A DNA stretch of 64,000 nucleotides from an uncultured virus (IMG/VR IMGVR_UViG_3300020220_000032) (lineage: Duplodnaviria; Heunggongvirae; Uroviricota; Caudoviricetes), in the IMG/VR virus record IMGVR_UViG_3300020220_000032, positions 1-64,000 of that record; one strand, 5' to 3'. The notes beneath the pieces are model-generated. The model was given only the letters and a program-made list of their open reading frames with translations. It searched no databases and was not told where the DNA came from. The translations under genes and the position numbers were made by a program. This document shows positions 1 through 9,487 of the stretch, in pieces (position 1 is the stretch's first letter; the number at the start of each line of letters is the position of its first letter).

Positions 1-503
1 GTCATAAACTCACCACCTTGCCCCATCTTTCTATCTTTGAACTTAACTTCTTTACCAAAACCAGGATACGAACTTTCACAATCACTTGTTCCAATTAGTG
101 TAGAACCATCGCCGTCTTTTGGAATATAGAGAATAGAATCCTGTTGATACTTACTGCCAAGATTTATCAAGTCTTCTCGCAATTTTCCTTTGTCTTTCAA
201 ATCAACAACAAAGTAAACATTTTCTTTAACTTCTTTTGCATCAGGTGTTCCGTAGTTTTCAATATAAGCACCTTGAACTGCAGTAACACCGTAACCCATC
301 ATTTGAAGATTGGCATATAATTGTCTGTTTCTTTTTTGATTGTCACCTTTTGAATATGGTTTATCTTCAGCTGTAGCACAACCTTCTTTGGAACGAAATG
401 CAGTTATTGTGCCACAATCATGTTCTTCCATATGTTTTGACAAACGAGCAAGTCCACTCTCGTTTAATTGTTTATCTGGTAATAAATGTTTTAACTTTGC
501 CAT
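1..503 (-). CDS. Hypothetical phage protein, truncated by the window edge (MAKLKHLLPDKQLNESGLARLSKHMEEHDCGTITAFR...)
   Basis: Not in the ORF track. Manual translation from ATG at 503 stays open to position 1. AGAGAG upstream, ATATTTAT motif at 534-541, and LKxLL..LNE leader. Confidence 0.75.
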   Translation of the reverse strand, partial: MAKLKHLLPDKQLNESGLARLSKHMEEHDCGTITAFRSKEGCATAEDKPYSKGDNQKRNRQLYANLQMMGYGVTAVQGAYIENYGTPDAKEVKENVYFVVDLKDKGKLREDLINLGSKYQQDSILYIPKDGDGSTLIGTSDCESSYPGFGKEVKFKDRKMGQGGEFM

Positions 504-546
504 TGTTTCTCTCTGTTATGTAAACTGTTTACAATAAATATCAAAA

Positions 547-1041
547 TTATTTCTTATCTGTTGAACCGAAACCACCATCGCCTCTGTTACTATCGGACAA
601 TTCTTGCACTTCTTCCAAGTGAACCTTTGGATATGGAATGATTATCAATTGAGCAATCTTATCACCAATGTCTGGCATTTCAGCTCTATGATAATTTGAA
701 TATGGAAATTCAAATCTAACTAAAATCTCACCACGATAATTTGAGTCAATGACGCCAACTGAATTTTTTAGTGAAACTCCTTTTGGTGCTTTTGTTATTG
801 AACTTCTTGGGAAAAGTAATCCAACATGACTACTTGGAATTTCTACAGCAATTCCTGTTCCGTATTCCATAAATGTGTCTGTTCTTCTAAACGATGTTGA
901 AGTTAAATCCATACCAGCGTCACCGTCTTGAGCATATTGTGGTGTTACTGCTTCTGGAACTAATTTACGAAATTTTACCGTTAGATCAAAATCATTTTTA
1001 TAGTTTACCGTTACATTCGGATTTGATGTATGCCAATCCAT
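547..1041 (-). CDS. dut: Trimeric dUTPase
   Basis: Motifs AGMDL, PRSS, GVIDSNYRGEI, AQLII, RGDGGFGST; AGGAGG RBS. Confidence 0.97.
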   Translation of the reverse strand: MDWHTSNPNVTVNYKNDFDLTVKFRKLVPEAVTPQYAQDGDAGMDLTSTSFRRTDTFMEYGTGIAVEIPSSHVGLLFPRSSITKAPKGVSLKNSVGVIDSNYRGEILVRFEFPYSNYHRAEMPDIGDKIAQLIIIPYPKVHLEEVQELSDSNRGDGGFGSTDKK

Positions 1042-1042
1042 T

Positions 1043-1792
1043 TTAACCTCCTACATTCCAAAATAATGCATCTTCCGATGCGTGTTCTTTAATAAATGAC
1101 CAAACTTTTGAGTCATAGTAATCCGAAGAAGGAAACGGTGGTTTCTCTGCGGGTTTACATTTTTGTTCAAATTTATACTTTGATATGAATACTTCTGCCC
1201 TACCCCTCTCTCTGTCTGTTGTATTATGGCCAACTCTAACACCATATACTTTCGCATCTGGCCATGCTCTCTGTAATCCCCTTGAAAGAACTCCTGAACT
1301 TATACAAGACCAAACTTCTTTTGGTTTGATTGGCAACTGGTTGGCAATTCTGGCAACTTCATCAATAACAACCGGATGGTCAAGACCGAATGGTAATAAT
1401 TGTGTATCAGGTGTTTCAAGTGCATACTTTTTAGCAACATGCTGAATATGAGTGAGAAATCCCATAGGAACCTCTATAATGTTTGCACCAATAGATAGTG
1501 CTTCTGTTGTTAGCGGTAAATGTTTTCCTTTCGGAATAACAACGGTTGCCTTCAAACCTAAATCTTTACAAGCATAAGCAAGTGCTACTTGAGCATAGCC
1601 AACTCTTGGAGAAGCATATACCCATTCACGAACATGGGATTGTGATTGAAGATAACGATAAAGGAAACGTCTTTTTGTTCCACCTGGAAGCAAATCATCA
1701 CGAACCACCCAAATGTTTTCGTGTTTTTCGATAACAATTTCGGGTAAAGTTATAGTGACATCTTTCGTGGGATATTGAAAGAAGTCTGACAT
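1043..1792 (-). CDS. PLP-dependent enzyme, fold type II (PALP / ACC deaminase / D-cysteine desulfhydrase-like)
   Basis: VVRDDLLPGGTKRR (Schiff-base Lys), GYAQVALAY, SSGVLSRG phosphate loop, terminal LFWNVGG. Confidence 0.8.
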   Translation of the reverse strand: MSDFFQYPTKDVTITLPEIVIEKHENIWVVRDDLLPGGTKRRFLYRYLQSQSHVREWVYASPRVGYAQVALAYACKDLGLKATVVIPKGKHLPLTTEALSIGANIIEVPMGFLTHIQHVAKKYALETPDTQLLPFGLDHPVVIDEVARIANQLPIKPKEVWSCISSGVLSRGLQRAWPDAKVYGVRVGHNTTDRERGRAEVFISKYKFEQKCKPAEKPPFPSSDYYDSKVWSFIKEHASEDALFWNVGG

Positions 1793-1800
1793 TTTTCACC

Positions 1801-2058
1801 TTAAACCGATGTGATAATTGATTGATAATAAGATTTTGGCTGAACACCAATGACTTGTTGAACTATTCTACCATTTTTTTCAAATATGATAGTTGGAACG
1901 GCACGAACACCGTATTGTTGTGCTACATCTGGATTGTTATCAATATCAATTTTTTGATAACCAACCGTTGGGTTCTCACTTCGTAATTGATCAATTACGG
2001 GCGTTAAATGTTTACATGGTTGGCACCATGTTGCAGTGAAATGTTTAATTGTGATCAT
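1801..2058 (-). CDS. trxA: Thioredoxin
   Basis: WCQPCK active site and VRAVPT cis-Pro motif. Confidence 0.95.
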   Translation of the reverse strand: MITIKHFTATWCQPCKHLTPVIDQLRSENPTVGYQKIDIDNNPDVAQQYGVRAVPTIIFEKNGRIVQQVIGVQPKSYYQSIITSV

Positions 2059-2091
2059 AATCTGTTAATTTATTGTTAATGAATGAACAAC

Positions 2092-2123
2092 CAAATATAC
2101 AATTTTTTTTAATACAAAACAAG
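2092..2123 (-). promoter_or_regulatory. Host-type (Bacteroidota-like) promoter CTTG-N20-TATATTTG
   Basis: Minus strand reads CTTG (2123-2120), 20 nt, then TATATTTG (2099-2092) upstream of thioredoxin. Same geometry at 13862-13893 and 62163-62194. Confidence 0.6.
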
Positions 2124-2129
2124 CAAAAA

Positions 2130-4895
2130 TTATCTTGCCAACTTTATTCTAATCAATAAATCATCATCAAATGATTTCCGAACAGGACTACTCATTTTTG
2201 CAATTGCAAGTAATTCGTATTCATCATTATACAAACCGATTGATGTTATGTAAGAAAGTGGCTGTTCTGACATACAATTATATTTCAATTTATATTGTGA
2301 TCCAGAGGCATAAGAAGGATTGTTTGTATAATTTGCTTCATCATGCGGTATATGTATAAAATAATGTTTTACACCAAAATTCTTCTCACGTCTTGCCTTC
2401 ATTGAATTTCCAGTAGCAGCAGCTCCACTTATTGATGTATACAACTTGAATGAATTATCACCATTTATATTACTACCGGTTACAGTATTAAATGACAATT
2501 CATTATTTAATCGATTTGCACTCAAAACTATAACGCCAAGAGCAGGATATACTTTTCCGTATGTAGTTATGTTTGGATTTGTTGATATACTTCCGGTTGC
2601 ACTATCATGTATTCCCAATTCTAAACTTCCACTAACAACATCATACGATGCATACGGATTTTCGTTGCAATAATTGAAATCTGTATACGATGAATTATCT
2701 ATGAGGGTTATTACTTTTGGATTTGAACCGGACACTTTAACATTACTTCCGGTATGAAGATTATTAGCAATACCACTTCCACTCAACTCAGCAAGATTTA
2801 TTTCAAAGTTACCAATGTCTAATTTATCACCAATTGATTTTCTATAAAAATTTATCACATAAACATCATCCGGTGTTTCCAATGATCCAGTATTGTAAAA
2901 TGTAAAATTTGTTTCAGGTAAATCCAATGTGGATAATCTATACTGTGAGTATATTGCCTTTGATGGTGTATCAAATGGTGTATCTTCTGTATATGTTGAT
3001 CCCGATCCATTACTGTTTCCGTATGTTACAGTAAAATATGGTTTTTGATCACATTCATTACAACCATATACATCATAGAAATATGCATTTGAAGCAGTTG
3101 CAGTTGAAGATGTTGTATAACAATCTATTGATTCTGATGCATTAAATAAACCATGAATTTGAGTTTGTATGTTTCCAGTTATTATACTGCTAGTTGGAAT
3201 TGTGTGATATATTAAACTCTTTCTTTCATCTATTTTTAATGAAGGTTTACACTTTTCTATTTTTTTATCACGTATAAAATAGGGATATAATTCGTATTTA
3301 TCTAATAAATCTTTTCTGATTATAGATGTTGTTCCGTCTCCTCTATCTCCTGATGCGTATATTCTAAAATCATCGGCAGAAATTTGATCTGGACAAACTA
3401 AATAATACTTTCCAGTTGTTATTGATTTACACCCACACCCCAACTCATTTACTTCTACGGGTTCTTCTACAAATTCAACTTCAAGACACCCACACCCTTC
3501 AATATCCCTATTCAATACTTGGTCTTCCCAATCAACAAAAACATTTTCTCGGTAGTCTATACTGGATGAATACTGCAATACTGGTGGATTTGCACTATCA
3601 GATCCATAACACGGTTGTATTCTTTCATACTTTACTTCATATTCTTCTTTCACCACATATTCAGTTCTTAATCCAGAATAACATTCTCTGTATGGAACTT
3701 TTTCCCGTTTCCTACTATCAAGGAAAAATCTATAACCAACTGGTAATTCAACATCATCTGCAGTCCAAAGTTGATACACTCTTGATGTAAGTCCTTTATA
3801 TTTAACTGAAATCTTATCAATACCATACGGCATATAAAGACCATCTGGTAAACCAAATGCTATTTTTATATTATAGTTCAATGTTGCTTCATCAGGTGCA
3901 ATAGATTGGAACAATCCTTTTGCTCGTTTACCATTTAATACTAGACCAGTTTCAAATTCTTTCTGAATATAATCATTATCAAGGTATATTCCCAAATTAT
4001 ATTTTTGTGCTATTATACTATTTTCGAGTATTTTTGCTGCGGTTGTAACTACCATATTTGAATCGTAATATACTTTTGAACCGTCAATATCTACTTCAAC
4101 ATAACACTCCCCATCATTTATAGAATAAATAACCGGCTCTCTCCAAGGACCCAATGGGTTTAATTGTTTAACTGCCTGAATTGTTGGTGTTGAATTAAAA
4201 CCACTAACTATTTTTAAGTTTTCAGAAAAAATTGTTGATTTTTCTAATTGTTGAACCGTATAAATTTCATTTCTTTTTTCACCAAAAATGGATGCATCTC
4301 CATAGTTTGTTGATGCGTCAAATACTGCAGAAACTTCTAATTCTGATGTATTATTTTTGTTATCGATGGCATCATACCAACCAATAACTAATTTCAAATT
4401 AGTATACGGCAATGAACCTGTAAACCAAACCCATCCATTTCCGAGAATTACATAATGGAAATCTTCTATTAGAGTAATATTTCTTTTTAAGTCAATTATT
4501 TTGAATAATGTTATTTTTGCAGTAGAAACTGTATAATCAGTTGCTAAAGTAAACCCACCGATACCCCGAAGACTTAAATCACTTTTCCTATAATAAACCG
4601 GCAATCTATATTTGTAAAGATGAACTGGTCGTCCACCGGGTGAACTTTGTTTGTATATTCTATCAACTTGTTTGAATGGAACTATATCACATTTAGGTAT
4701 AGGTTTCCATTTACCATCGGCATCTTTATACCCCAATGGATATGCAGGTGATAAATCTGCATTCAATCCACTTGGTGTTGTTCCAAATTCTCCATAAGGA
4801 ACACCATTGTATATTGGTCTTCCATCTGAATTTAGTGGCAAAATTTCTTCTTCTACTACTTTACCATTAGCGTATGTAACCTTGTAACGAGACAT
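2130..4895 (-). CDS. Large putative virion structural (tail/baseplate-associated) protein
   Basis: 921 aa with repeated T/SGS motifs and a C-terminal YITSIGLYNDEYELLAIAKMSSPVRK motif of the type seen in baseplate/tail-fibre-attachment proteins; AGGTG RBS. Confidence 0.55.
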   Translation of the reverse strand: MSRYKVTYANGKVVEEEILPLNSDGRPIYNGVPYGEFGTTPSGLNADLSPAYPLGYKDADGKWKPIPKCDIVPFKQVDRIYKQSSPGGRPVHLYKYRLPVYYRKSDLSLRGIGGFTLATDYTVSTAKITLFKIIDLKRNITLIEDFHYVILGNGWVWFTGSLPYTNLKLVIGWYDAIDNKNNTSELEVSAVFDASTNYGDASIFGEKRNEIYTVQQLEKSTIFSENLKIVSGFNSTPTIQAVKQLNPLGPWREPVIYSINDGECYVEVDIDGSKVYYDSNMVVTTAAKILENSIIAQKYNLGIYLDNDYIQKEFETGLVLNGKRAKGLFQSIAPDEATLNYNIKIAFGLPDGLYMPYGIDKISVKYKGLTSRVYQLWTADDVELPVGYRFFLDSRKREKVPYRECYSGLRTEYVVKEEYEVKYERIQPCYGSDSANPPVLQYSSSIDYRENVFVDWEDQVLNRDIEGCGCLEVEFVEEPVEVNELGCGCKSITTGKYYLVCPDQISADDFRIYASGDRGDGTTSIIRKDLLDKYELYPYFIRDKKIEKCKPSLKIDERKSLIYHTIPTSSIITGNIQTQIHGLFNASESIDCYTTSSTATASNAYFYDVYGCNECDQKPYFTVTYGNSNGSGSTYTEDTPFDTPSKAIYSQYRLSTLDLPETNFTFYNTGSLETPDDVYVINFYRKSIGDKLDIGNFEINLAELSGSGIANNLHTGSNVKVSGSNPKVITLIDNSSYTDFNYCNENPYASYDVVSGSLELGIHDSATGSISTNPNITTYGKVYPALGVIVLSANRLNNELSFNTVTGSNINGDNSFKLYTSISGAAATGNSMKARREKNFGVKHYFIHIPHDEANYTNNPSYASGSQYKLKYNCMSEQPLSYITSIGLYNDEYELLAIAKMSSPVRKSFDDDLLIRIKLAR

Positions 4896-4903
4896 TTATC
4901 ACC

Positions 4904-5230
4904 TTATCCCATAGAACTAATTACTGCACCATATTCTTTTGCTTCAAACTTTTCTCTAACAATATCCATAATACATTTTTCAACTTCTTTCTTATATTGA
5001 CCAATGAAATATGGTGTTCCTTCTTCTGCCTTTTCAATTTCTTTTATTGCTTCCAATTTAGTAACACACTTCTTTTCACCAACTAATTTTGCAAGTTCAA
5101 TTAGTGCCTGTGTATCATCATCCTTTTCTTCAACTGCCTTTTCAATTTTATTTATAGCAGTTTTTACTTTTTGTCCAAGTCCTTCATCTTCTTCTTTTAT
5201 CAAAAGACTTTTTAATTTCAAAGATTTCAT
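4904..5230 (-). CDS. Hypothetical protein with LKxLLxxE leader (probable start MKSLKLKSLL at 5230)
   Basis: ORF track; GGAG RBS upstream of ATG at 5230. Confidence 0.7.
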   Translation of the reverse strand: MKSLKLKSLLIKEEDEGLGQKVKTAINKIEKAVEEKDDDTQALIELAKLVGEKKCVTKLEAIKEIEKAEEGTPYFIGQYKKEVEKCIMDIVREKFEAKEYGAVISSMG

Positions 5231-5245
5231 TGCAAACTCCAATGT

Positions 5246-5449
5246 TTATTTACGAGATAATAAAAAATAAAGTCCAAAAAATAACAGCGCTACCGAATAG
5301 AATATAATATCGGTAACGATGTAACTCTCGGTAAGTTTTGTTACTAAAGCAAAGGCCGCATCGAACCCAAGAGGATTGAAAAATGTCCCAAGCACTAAAC
5401 ATATTTTTGCCAACACATCTTTTAATTGTTTGGAGTTTCTTTTTGACAT
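5246..5449 (-). CDS. Small two-TM membrane protein
   Basis: Two hydrophobic segments; GGATGG upstream; ATATTTAT motif at 5498-5505. Confidence 0.6.
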   Translation of the reverse strand: MSKRNSKQLKDVLAKICLVLGTFFNPLGFDAAFALVTKLTESYIVTDIIFYSVALLFFGLYFLLSRK

Positions 5450-5510
5450 TACGCCATCCCATGTAGTTGCCTTTGTGTGAAAAATACTTCTGTAACTATA
5501 AATATGGGAT

Positions 5511-5541
5511 AAATAAAAAAGGGTGATGTTTCCACCACCCT
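5511..5541 (-). terminator. Intrinsic terminator after the Hsp20 gene
   Basis: AGGGTG...CACCCT stem with a flanking A-tract (U-tract on minus strand). Confidence 0.65.
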
Positions 5542-5558
5542 AAACTTAACATCTAATC

Positions 5559-5954
5559 TTATTTTACTTTGATTGTTATTTCTTCGGGTTCCGTTGGTTT
5601 TTCATACGGAACTGAAATATGAATAATACCGTTCTCAACACTAGCAGTAATTCCTTTCAAATCATATTTGATTTTACCGTTTGGTAATTCAAATCTCAAT
5701 TCAATTGTTTTTTCACCAAAGATGTTTGTAACCTTTCTGTGACCTGTTACATTAAGGATATTGTTTTTTACCGTAATGTTAATATCCTCTTTTGCACAAC
5801 CAGGAACTTCTGCATAAATGTTACGAACTCCATCCGCGTCTTGAACTAATGTTCGAGTATTAAAACGAGGTAAATCAAGATGTGTTTTTGACAACTGATT
5901 TACAACGTCATCCCATAAATTGTCTCTACGAAGAATAGAATTTAGCGTTACCAT
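5559..5954 (-). CDS. Small heat-shock protein (Hsp20/alpha-crystallin)
   Basis: AEVPGCAKEDINITVKNNILNVTG and ITASVENGIIHISVP. Confidence 0.9.
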   Translation of the reverse strand: MVTLNSILRRDNLWDDVVNQLSKTHLDLPRFNTRTLVQDADGVRNIYAEVPGCAKEDINITVKNNILNVTGHRKVTNIFGEKTIELRFELPNGKIKYDLKGITASVENGIIHISVPYEKPTEPEEITIKVK

Positions 5955-5984
5955 AATAACCTCGAAAAATTAAAAATAAAAAAG

Positions 5985-6170
5985 TTAATTAGATAATTTA
6001 GCAGCTTTTGCTTCGGCAACAGATGCTTGATTATACGGTGTAATCAATTTCTTAATTGCACTTGCCGCCTTACGAGCAATAGCAGCATCTTTCTTTTTTG
6101 TTGAATTATGTGCAACTGTAAACTCATTGAATAAGTTTGTTAGTTGGGCATAGATTTCTTGCTTGGCCAT
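5985..6170 (-). CDS. Small basic histone-H1/Hc1-like protein
   Basis: 61 aa with KKKDAAIARKAASAIKKL, resembling the Bacteroidota 'histone H1'-like family from memory; AGGAGG RBS. Confidence 0.6.
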   Translation of the reverse strand: MAKQEIYAQLTNLFNEFTVAHNSTKKKDAAIARKAASAIKKLITPYNQASVAEAKAAKLSN

Positions 6171-6194
6171 AAAACCTCCTGTGTATAATATAAC

Positions 6195-7070
6195 CTACAT
6201 TATCTCCGGTATCGGTAATTTTGCATTGGTTATACTTTGTATAAAAAACTTGCGAATTGTGTCTCGCATTCCTGAAACTTTACTTTGTTTGTTAAATACA
6301 ACATCATATAATTTTTCAAATGATGCAGCATCAGCGATAGTATACTGATCTCCCAAAAAGAAATGTATCATTTCTTCCGGTGTTTGTGTTACAAAACTTT
6401 CACTACCTGCAATAGTTTTACCGGCTTTGATAATACTACCACCTTTACCGGCATAACTTTTTGCTAATCTATAAATTCCTTTGTCATGTCTCATAACATA
6501 CTTCTCAACTTCAATCGGAACATCCTTATCGGTTTTCTTTAATACTTTGTAATCAACCGCAGAAACAACTGCAGCCAATAAAAAATTTCTATATGCTTGT
6601 TTATATTTTGACTCACCCTTTGAATAATCCGGTGATGAATAAACAAATTGTGTCCAATTAACATTATTTGATAACATGAAATCAACTTGCACAGGTTCTT
6701 CGGTAACTCTGCCGACTATTGGAAACGGAATAGAAACTTGTGAGAACCCACGAAGTGGCTTTGCATCATATCCCATCTTTTCCAATTCCTTTATCAACCA
6801 ATCCAATACATCACTTAATTTCAAACCATTGGCGGATGCCAATTGATCCATTGAAATACCAATGTCCAAGTCACCTGATAATTGAACATCAGGTTTCTTT
6901 CCTGCACTACCGAGTATGAAACAATCTGTTCCAAAACCGATAAGACCGAGTGGTTTCAAAACAACTGTCTCAATTTTTGAGACAGTTGCCGCCACTTCAT
7001 TTTGTTTAATCGCCACGGCATCGGGAAACATATTCCCACCTTCTGTCAATAATTTCTTTAATTTAATCAT
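6195..7070 (-). CDS. Pol-beta-superfamily nucleotidyltransferase-like protein with IKLKKLLTE leader
   Basis: LGSAGKK...SGDLDI (GS-x-DxD) and a third Asp in VQVDFM. Confidence 0.7.
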   Translation of the reverse strand: MIKLKKLLTEGGNMFPDAVAIKQNEVAATVSKIETVVLKPLGLIGFGTDCFILGSAGKKPDVQLSGDLDIGISMDQLASANGLKLSDVLDWLIKELEKMGYDAKPLRGFSQVSIPFPIVGRVTEEPVQVDFMLSNNVNWTQFVYSSPDYSKGESKYKQAYRNFLLAAVVSAVDYKVLKKTDKDVPIEVEKYVMRHDKGIYRLAKSYAGKGGSIIKAGKTIAGSESFVTQTPEEMIHFFLGDQYTIADAASFEKLYDVVFNKQSKVSGMRDTIRKFFIQSITNAKLPIPEIM

Positions 7071-7135
7071 GTTATATCAAAAATATGTGTTATAGTTCTT
7101 TGGATAATGTGTTTAATAATAATTATACTTTATTT

Positions 7136-7474
7136 TTATTTTACTTTACCCAAACCATCAATTCTTTCATGCACGAATTTTATTTCACCAACAACTTCTT
7201 GTTGTGATTTATCAATTCTTTCGTGGATGAACCGATGTTCTTTTTCAATAACCGAACTCAAGCTATCAACTCTGGAATCAATCATTCGTCTAAAATAATC
7301 ATCTGTTGATGTAATTCGTTGATCCAATTGATTAACTACTGTATCAACTAACCTCTCTAAATTATTTAGTTCTTTGTTTAATCTACTAATTTTGAACATA
7401 CCCACAACTACAACCGTAACTGCCGTTAAGACTGTAACTGCACATACACCCAACCAAAATGAAGTTATATCCAT
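7136..7474 (-). CDS. Membrane-anchored coiled-coil protein (probable start MDITSF at 7474)
   Basis: N-terminal TM helix, heptad-rich remainder, AAGGAG RBS. Confidence 0.65.
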   Translation of the reverse strand: MDITSFWLGVCAVTVLTAVTVVVVGMFKISRLNKELNNLERLVDTVVNQLDQRITSTDDYFRRMIDSRVDSLSSVIEKEHRFIHERIDKSQQEVVGEIKFVHERIDGLGKVK

Positions 7475-7514
7475 AACTTTTCTCCTTATTCCCAAAGAAC
7501 TATAACATTATTAT

Positions 7515-9368
7515 TTATTTTATTTCACAGGCACCACCAGCACAAGCCAATTCGCCAGTCAAATCTGTATTGTCTTCCAACTCAACAACATTACTTAAAT
7601 CAACATCGTGCAGAGTTTCCATTAACTTATTATACTTTTCTTCATCAATATCTTCAAAAGGTGCCTGTATGTATGTTCCACCGTCATAAGGCAATACTGA
7701 AAGACCATTGAAGTGTTCTTTATTTTCCCACATCCAATTACCAACGGCATCCCATTCGTGTTCGCGGATAGATACTGTTGCAGATATATTATGTGTGTTC
7801 ATACCTGTTCTATGACCTGGCTTAATCCAATTCTGATTGAACCATTTTACTCTTTCCAATAATTGTAATGGACTTTCACTACGAAGTATTGAACCCTCTG
7901 GTGACTTTTGTGGAACACCAATTACAGCAGTATCATGTGGGCGGAAGTATTCATCTTCTACCAATTCGGGATGATTGATTGAAAGATAAGTATAAATTGC
8001 CTCATTCTTACCAACACGAACACGGCGTAGATAATAGTCATTATGCCATGCATGAATGCCTGATGAACAACCCAATGTCAATGATGATGTTCCAGCAGGT
8101 TTAATCGTTGTTGTTCTTGCGGATTTATTGATACCGATAAGTTCCGCAACTCTTTCGTTTTCTTCTCTTGATGCCTTAGCAGCAGCTTTCAAATCCAACT
8201 TTTGAACTTTACCAGAACCGATACCTGTCATACCAACACCGAGAAGTGCATCCTTTTCAGTTGTTCTTTGCCATATTGGGCGAAGATAATGAAAATCCGT
8301 ATAACCTGCCTGCAATGTTCCGATGAAAGAAGCGGCACGAACTCTATCCTCCAAATCTTCTTGACTTTCAACATCAGAAACATTTACCTCACACAAGTTA
8401 CAAAATTGGAATGGGCGAAGTGCAATCTCACAACAAGGATTTGTTCCCCAATCTTTATCGTTGGAAAGATAAATACCCGGCTCACCTGCATTTGATAATT
8501 CTATTTTCTTCCAAAGTGATTTGAAAAATTCTTCTGTTACCTTACTACGAAGAAGAACCGCAGAATTATTCGCTCTGCCTCTTTGTGGATTGAGTTCCCA
8601 CCAATTTCCAAACTTACATGAAATCATATCGTCATCATCGGCAGAGAAAAGAGAAATAAGAGCTGCACGGCGAATACCACCGGCAAGAACTGCATCTGCA
8701 ATATGACAAACAATATCGTGAACTTCAATCGGTGAAAGTTGTTCACCGTCATTTTTAAGTTCAAGAATTGCTCTAATCTTTTCAATACAAATTCGTAGTG
8801 GTTCTGGACCCGGTGCCTTCCCACCACTTGTAATAAGACGGGCACCCTTGTGACGAATATCTGAATAATCAAAACGGATAGATGAACCACCGGTGAAATA
8901 TGATTTCGTCAAAGCTTTAATTGCATCTGCCCAACCTTCAATTGAGTCACCGATAAGAAATCTTCTTTCTTTTGATTTAGGTCTGTGGATTGGTGGCAAA
9001 CTTTCTACATGATGTTTCTGAACGGAATAACCTACACCGGTTCCACCAAGAAGAAGAAACATTACTTCACCGAAAGCACGCCAGTCATCTATTGGAAGAT
9101 AAGCACAATTGTATATTCTGTTAGGACTTATTTCTATTGGTTTACCACCGAATTGCAATGAACGCATTGATGGTAATACTTTCTTATCATATACCATTTT
9201 ATAGACATTTTCAATTTCATCTTTTAATTTTGGATATTTTCTTTGGTGCATTTTTTTATTTCGTGTCACCAATTCTTCCCAAGTTTCCCTACGATTTTTT
9301 TCGGGAATGAAACGAGCATACTTCATGTAAACTGTGATCTCAGACAAGATGCGATTGCTGATGTCCAT
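7515..9368 (-). CDS. nrdJ: Class II (adenosylcobalamin-dependent) ribonucleotide reductase
   Basis: PSMRSLQFGG, YNC, GTGVG, TNPCCEI, QFCNL, TTIKPAGT, C-terminal CAGGAC; no adjacent nrdB. Confidence 0.9.
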   Translation of the reverse strand: MDISNRILSEITVYMKYARFIPEKNRRETWEELVTRNKKMHQRKYPKLKDEIENVYKMVYDKKVLPSMRSLQFGGKPIEISPNRIYNCAYLPIDDWRAFGEVMFLLLGGTGVGYSVQKHHVESLPPIHRPKSKERRFLIGDSIEGWADAIKALTKSYFTGGSSIRFDYSDIRHKGARLITSGGKAPGPEPLRICIEKIRAILELKNDGEQLSPIEVHDIVCHIADAVLAGGIRRAALISLFSADDDDMISCKFGNWWELNPQRGRANNSAVLLRSKVTEEFFKSLWKKIELSNAGEPGIYLSNDKDWGTNPCCEIALRPFQFCNLCEVNVSDVESQEDLEDRVRAASFIGTLQAGYTDFHYLRPIWQRTTEKDALLGVGMTGIGSGKVQKLDLKAAAKASREENERVAELIGINKSARTTTIKPAGTSSLTLGCSSGIHAWHNDYYLRRVRVGKNEAIYTYLSINHPELVEDEYFRPHDTAVIGVPQKSPEGSILRSESPLQLLERVKWFNQNWIKPGHRTGMNTHNISATVSIREHEWDAVGNWMWENKEHFNGLSVLPYDGGTYIQAPFEDIDEEKYNKLMETLHDVDLSNVVELEDNTDLTGELACAGGACEIK

Positions 9369-9487
9369 TTATTTCTCCATTGATTTTTTTATTGAAAACG
9401 GTATTTTTTAGGTATAAATCAAAACCATACACGAATAAGTATATGGTTTTGGATAAAAAAAGTGGGTTTTTCTAAATTATTTTTCCA

